A stretch of DNA of 15,964 nt from NCBI GenBank assembly GCA_039588275.1, contig JBDHAC010000073.1, positions 1 through 15,964 of the forward strand, given 5' to 3'. Every line of letters begins with the position of its first letter. The first letter of the stretch is position 1. Under the pieces are notes generated by a model. The model was given only the letters and a program-made list of their open reading frames with translations. It ran no database searches and was not told the DNA's origin. This document shows, one piece after another, positions 14,616 to 15,964 of the stretch. The position numbers and the translations under genes were made by a program. The DNA is from Gemmatimonadota bacterium (GTDB lineage Bacteria > Gemmatimonadota > Gemmatimonadetes > Palauibacterales > Palauibacteraceae).

Positions 14616-15731
14616 ATGATACGCGCGCTCGTGCTGGCCGACACACATCTGGGTTTCGACCTGCCCGAGCGGCCGCGCGTACGGCGTCGCCGCCGAGGCC
14701 ATGACTTCTTCGCGAACTACGAGCGCGCCCTGACCCCAGCGCTATCCGGCAGGGTCGATTTCGTCATTCACGGAGGGGACGTGCTTCATCGCGCTCGCGT
14801 CCCGACGACGCTCGTGTACCAGGCGTTCGAGCCGCTGAAACGCGTGGCGGACGCGGGCGTGCCGGTCTTCGTCGTGCTGGGCAACCACGAGCGCTCGCGC
14901 CTCCCCCACGCACGCTTCGCGGCGCACCCGAAGATCCATCTGTTCGATAGACCACGCTCGTTCACGCTCGAGATTCGGGGAGTTCGCCTGACGCTGGCGG
15001 GCTTCCCCTACGAGCACCGGGGGATACGCCAACGGTTTCATGCGGCTCTGAGCGCGACGGGGTGGAACCGCGAGCCGGCCGAAATTCGCCTGCTGTGTGC
15101 GCACCAATGTGTCGAGGGCGCAACCGTTGGGCCCGCCGACTACACGTTCAGGGATGCCCCGGATGTCATCCGTGGTCGAGATATCCCCGCCGGGTTCGCG
15201 GCGGTCCTCTCAGGCCACATCCACCGTCACCAGCTGCTCACAGCCGACCTGCGAGGACGGCCGCTCGCGGCGCCGGTGCTCTACCCGGGCTCGATCGAGC
15301 GCACATCGATAGCCGAAAAGGACGAGCCGAAGGGGTACGTGCTCCTGGATCTGGAGCCGGCCGATCCGGGGGGCACCGGGGCGGGGGCGCTCGAGCCGGG
15401 TCGAGGCCGCGTGGCCGACTGGTCGTTCGAGGCGCTCCCCGCCCGGCCCATGCTCGTGCACGAGATCGGGGCTGAGCCGGAGGGACTCGAGGCCACGATC
15501 CGCCGACTCATCGATGAAGCCCCATCGGACGCCGTCTTACGGATCCGGGTGCGGGGGCGGGTCGGTCCCCGGGCGCGCGAGATCCTCGCCGCACCGAAGC
15601 TGCGGGCCATGGCGCTGCCGACCATGAACATTGACGCGGTGTTCTTGGATGACACACGCTGGTCACGACGGGGGCGTGCTTCGGCGCCGGCTCAGAGTCA
15701 ACGTGACGGGGGGACTTCGCCGCGCATGTGA
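14616..15731 (+). CDS. SbcD/Mre11-like metallophosphoesterase (DNA repair exonuclease family)
   Basis: Five calcineurin-like motifs: ADTHLG, HGGDVLH, LGNHE, AHQ, SGHIH; YPGSIERTSIAEKDEPKGY; capping domain. Confidence 0.9.
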   Translation: MIRALVLADTHLGFDLPERPRVRRRRRGHDFFANYERALTPALSGRVDFVIHGGDVLHRARVPTTLVYQAFEPLKRVADAGVPVFVVLGNHERSRLPHARFAAHPKIHLFDRPRSFTLEIRGVRLTLAGFPYEHRGIRQRFHAALSATGWNREPAEIRLLCAHQCVEGATVGPADYTFRDAPDVIRGRDIPAGFAAVLSGHIHRHQLLTADLRGRPLAAPVLYPGSIERTSIAEKDEPKGYVLLDLEPADPGGTGAGALEPGRGRVADWSFEALPARPMLVHEIGAEPEGLEATIRRLIDEAPSDAVLRIRVRGRVGPRAREILAAPKLRAMALPTMNIDAVFLDDTRWSRRGRASAPAQSQRDGGTSPRM

Positions 15732-15964
15732 ACGATCCGGTGCTTGACGTCGGCATCGAGGTCGGTCAGGGCGTCGGCGAGAGGCGCGTCGTCTTCGATC
15801 ACGAGCTGGATCCAATCGACCTCTGCCGGCGAGAACTCTCTCACGCCCTGGAGGAGCGCCCGGGCGTCCGAGGCGCTTCGCGCGCGAAACGGGTAGCAAC
15901 CCGGGTACTCGGGATCGAACCGAGCGACACCTACGAAATCCCCTCTGATCCTGACCCCCAAGAG
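15698..15964 (-). CDS. C-terminal part of a hypothetical protein, possibly GNAT-fold; 5' end beyond the right edge
   Basis: Frame open to the edge: ...GVRIRGDFVGVARFDPEYPGCYPFRARSASDARALL...IQLVIEDDAPLADAL...HMRGEV; GC3-biased codons. Confidence 0.65.
   Translation of the reverse strand, partial: LLGVRIRGDFVGVARFDPEYPGCYPFRARSASDARALLQGVREFSPAEVDWIQLVIEDDAPLADALTDLDADVKHRIVHMRGEVPPSR

Noticed and set aside
3298..15731. HD hydrolase + DinB + Mre11-like nuclease as an anti-phage or mutagenesis system
   Set aside because: The genes are dispersed among unrelated metabolic genes in different transcription units, and host-like composition gives no evidence of a single module.

Overview
High-GC bacterial chromosomal segment. 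Gene content and style suggest Gemmatimonadota or a similar environmental lineage (inference only). Left part (1-3300) is accessory-looking. It holds a truncated Ig/PKD-repeat lipoprotein gene and a 43-aa MetS-like membrane peptide gene (both missing from the ORF track). It also holds a ~2.1 kb block with a lower-GC stretch and a secreted lipoprotein gene, bracketed by a diverged direct repeat. Middle (3298-12072, minus strand) carries an HD hydrolase, a bPH_5 protein, dinB, a GDPD, an adenylate-forming-like protein, an Npt/TLC-like MFS transporter, a lipoprotein and two Tat-exported TIM-barrel sugar enzymes. Right part (plus strand) carries a gluconate-2-DH-subunit-3-like gene plus a GMC oxidoreductase, which with the TIM-barrel genes resemble a periplasmic glycoside 3-oxidation/elimination pathway. 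An orphan SbcD/Mre11-like nuclease follows, with an apparently leaderless promoter overlapped by an ACCGAA-N5-ACCGAA direct repeat (candidate SOS/LexA-type operator). No CRISPR, rRNA, tRNA, integrase or transposase was seen.
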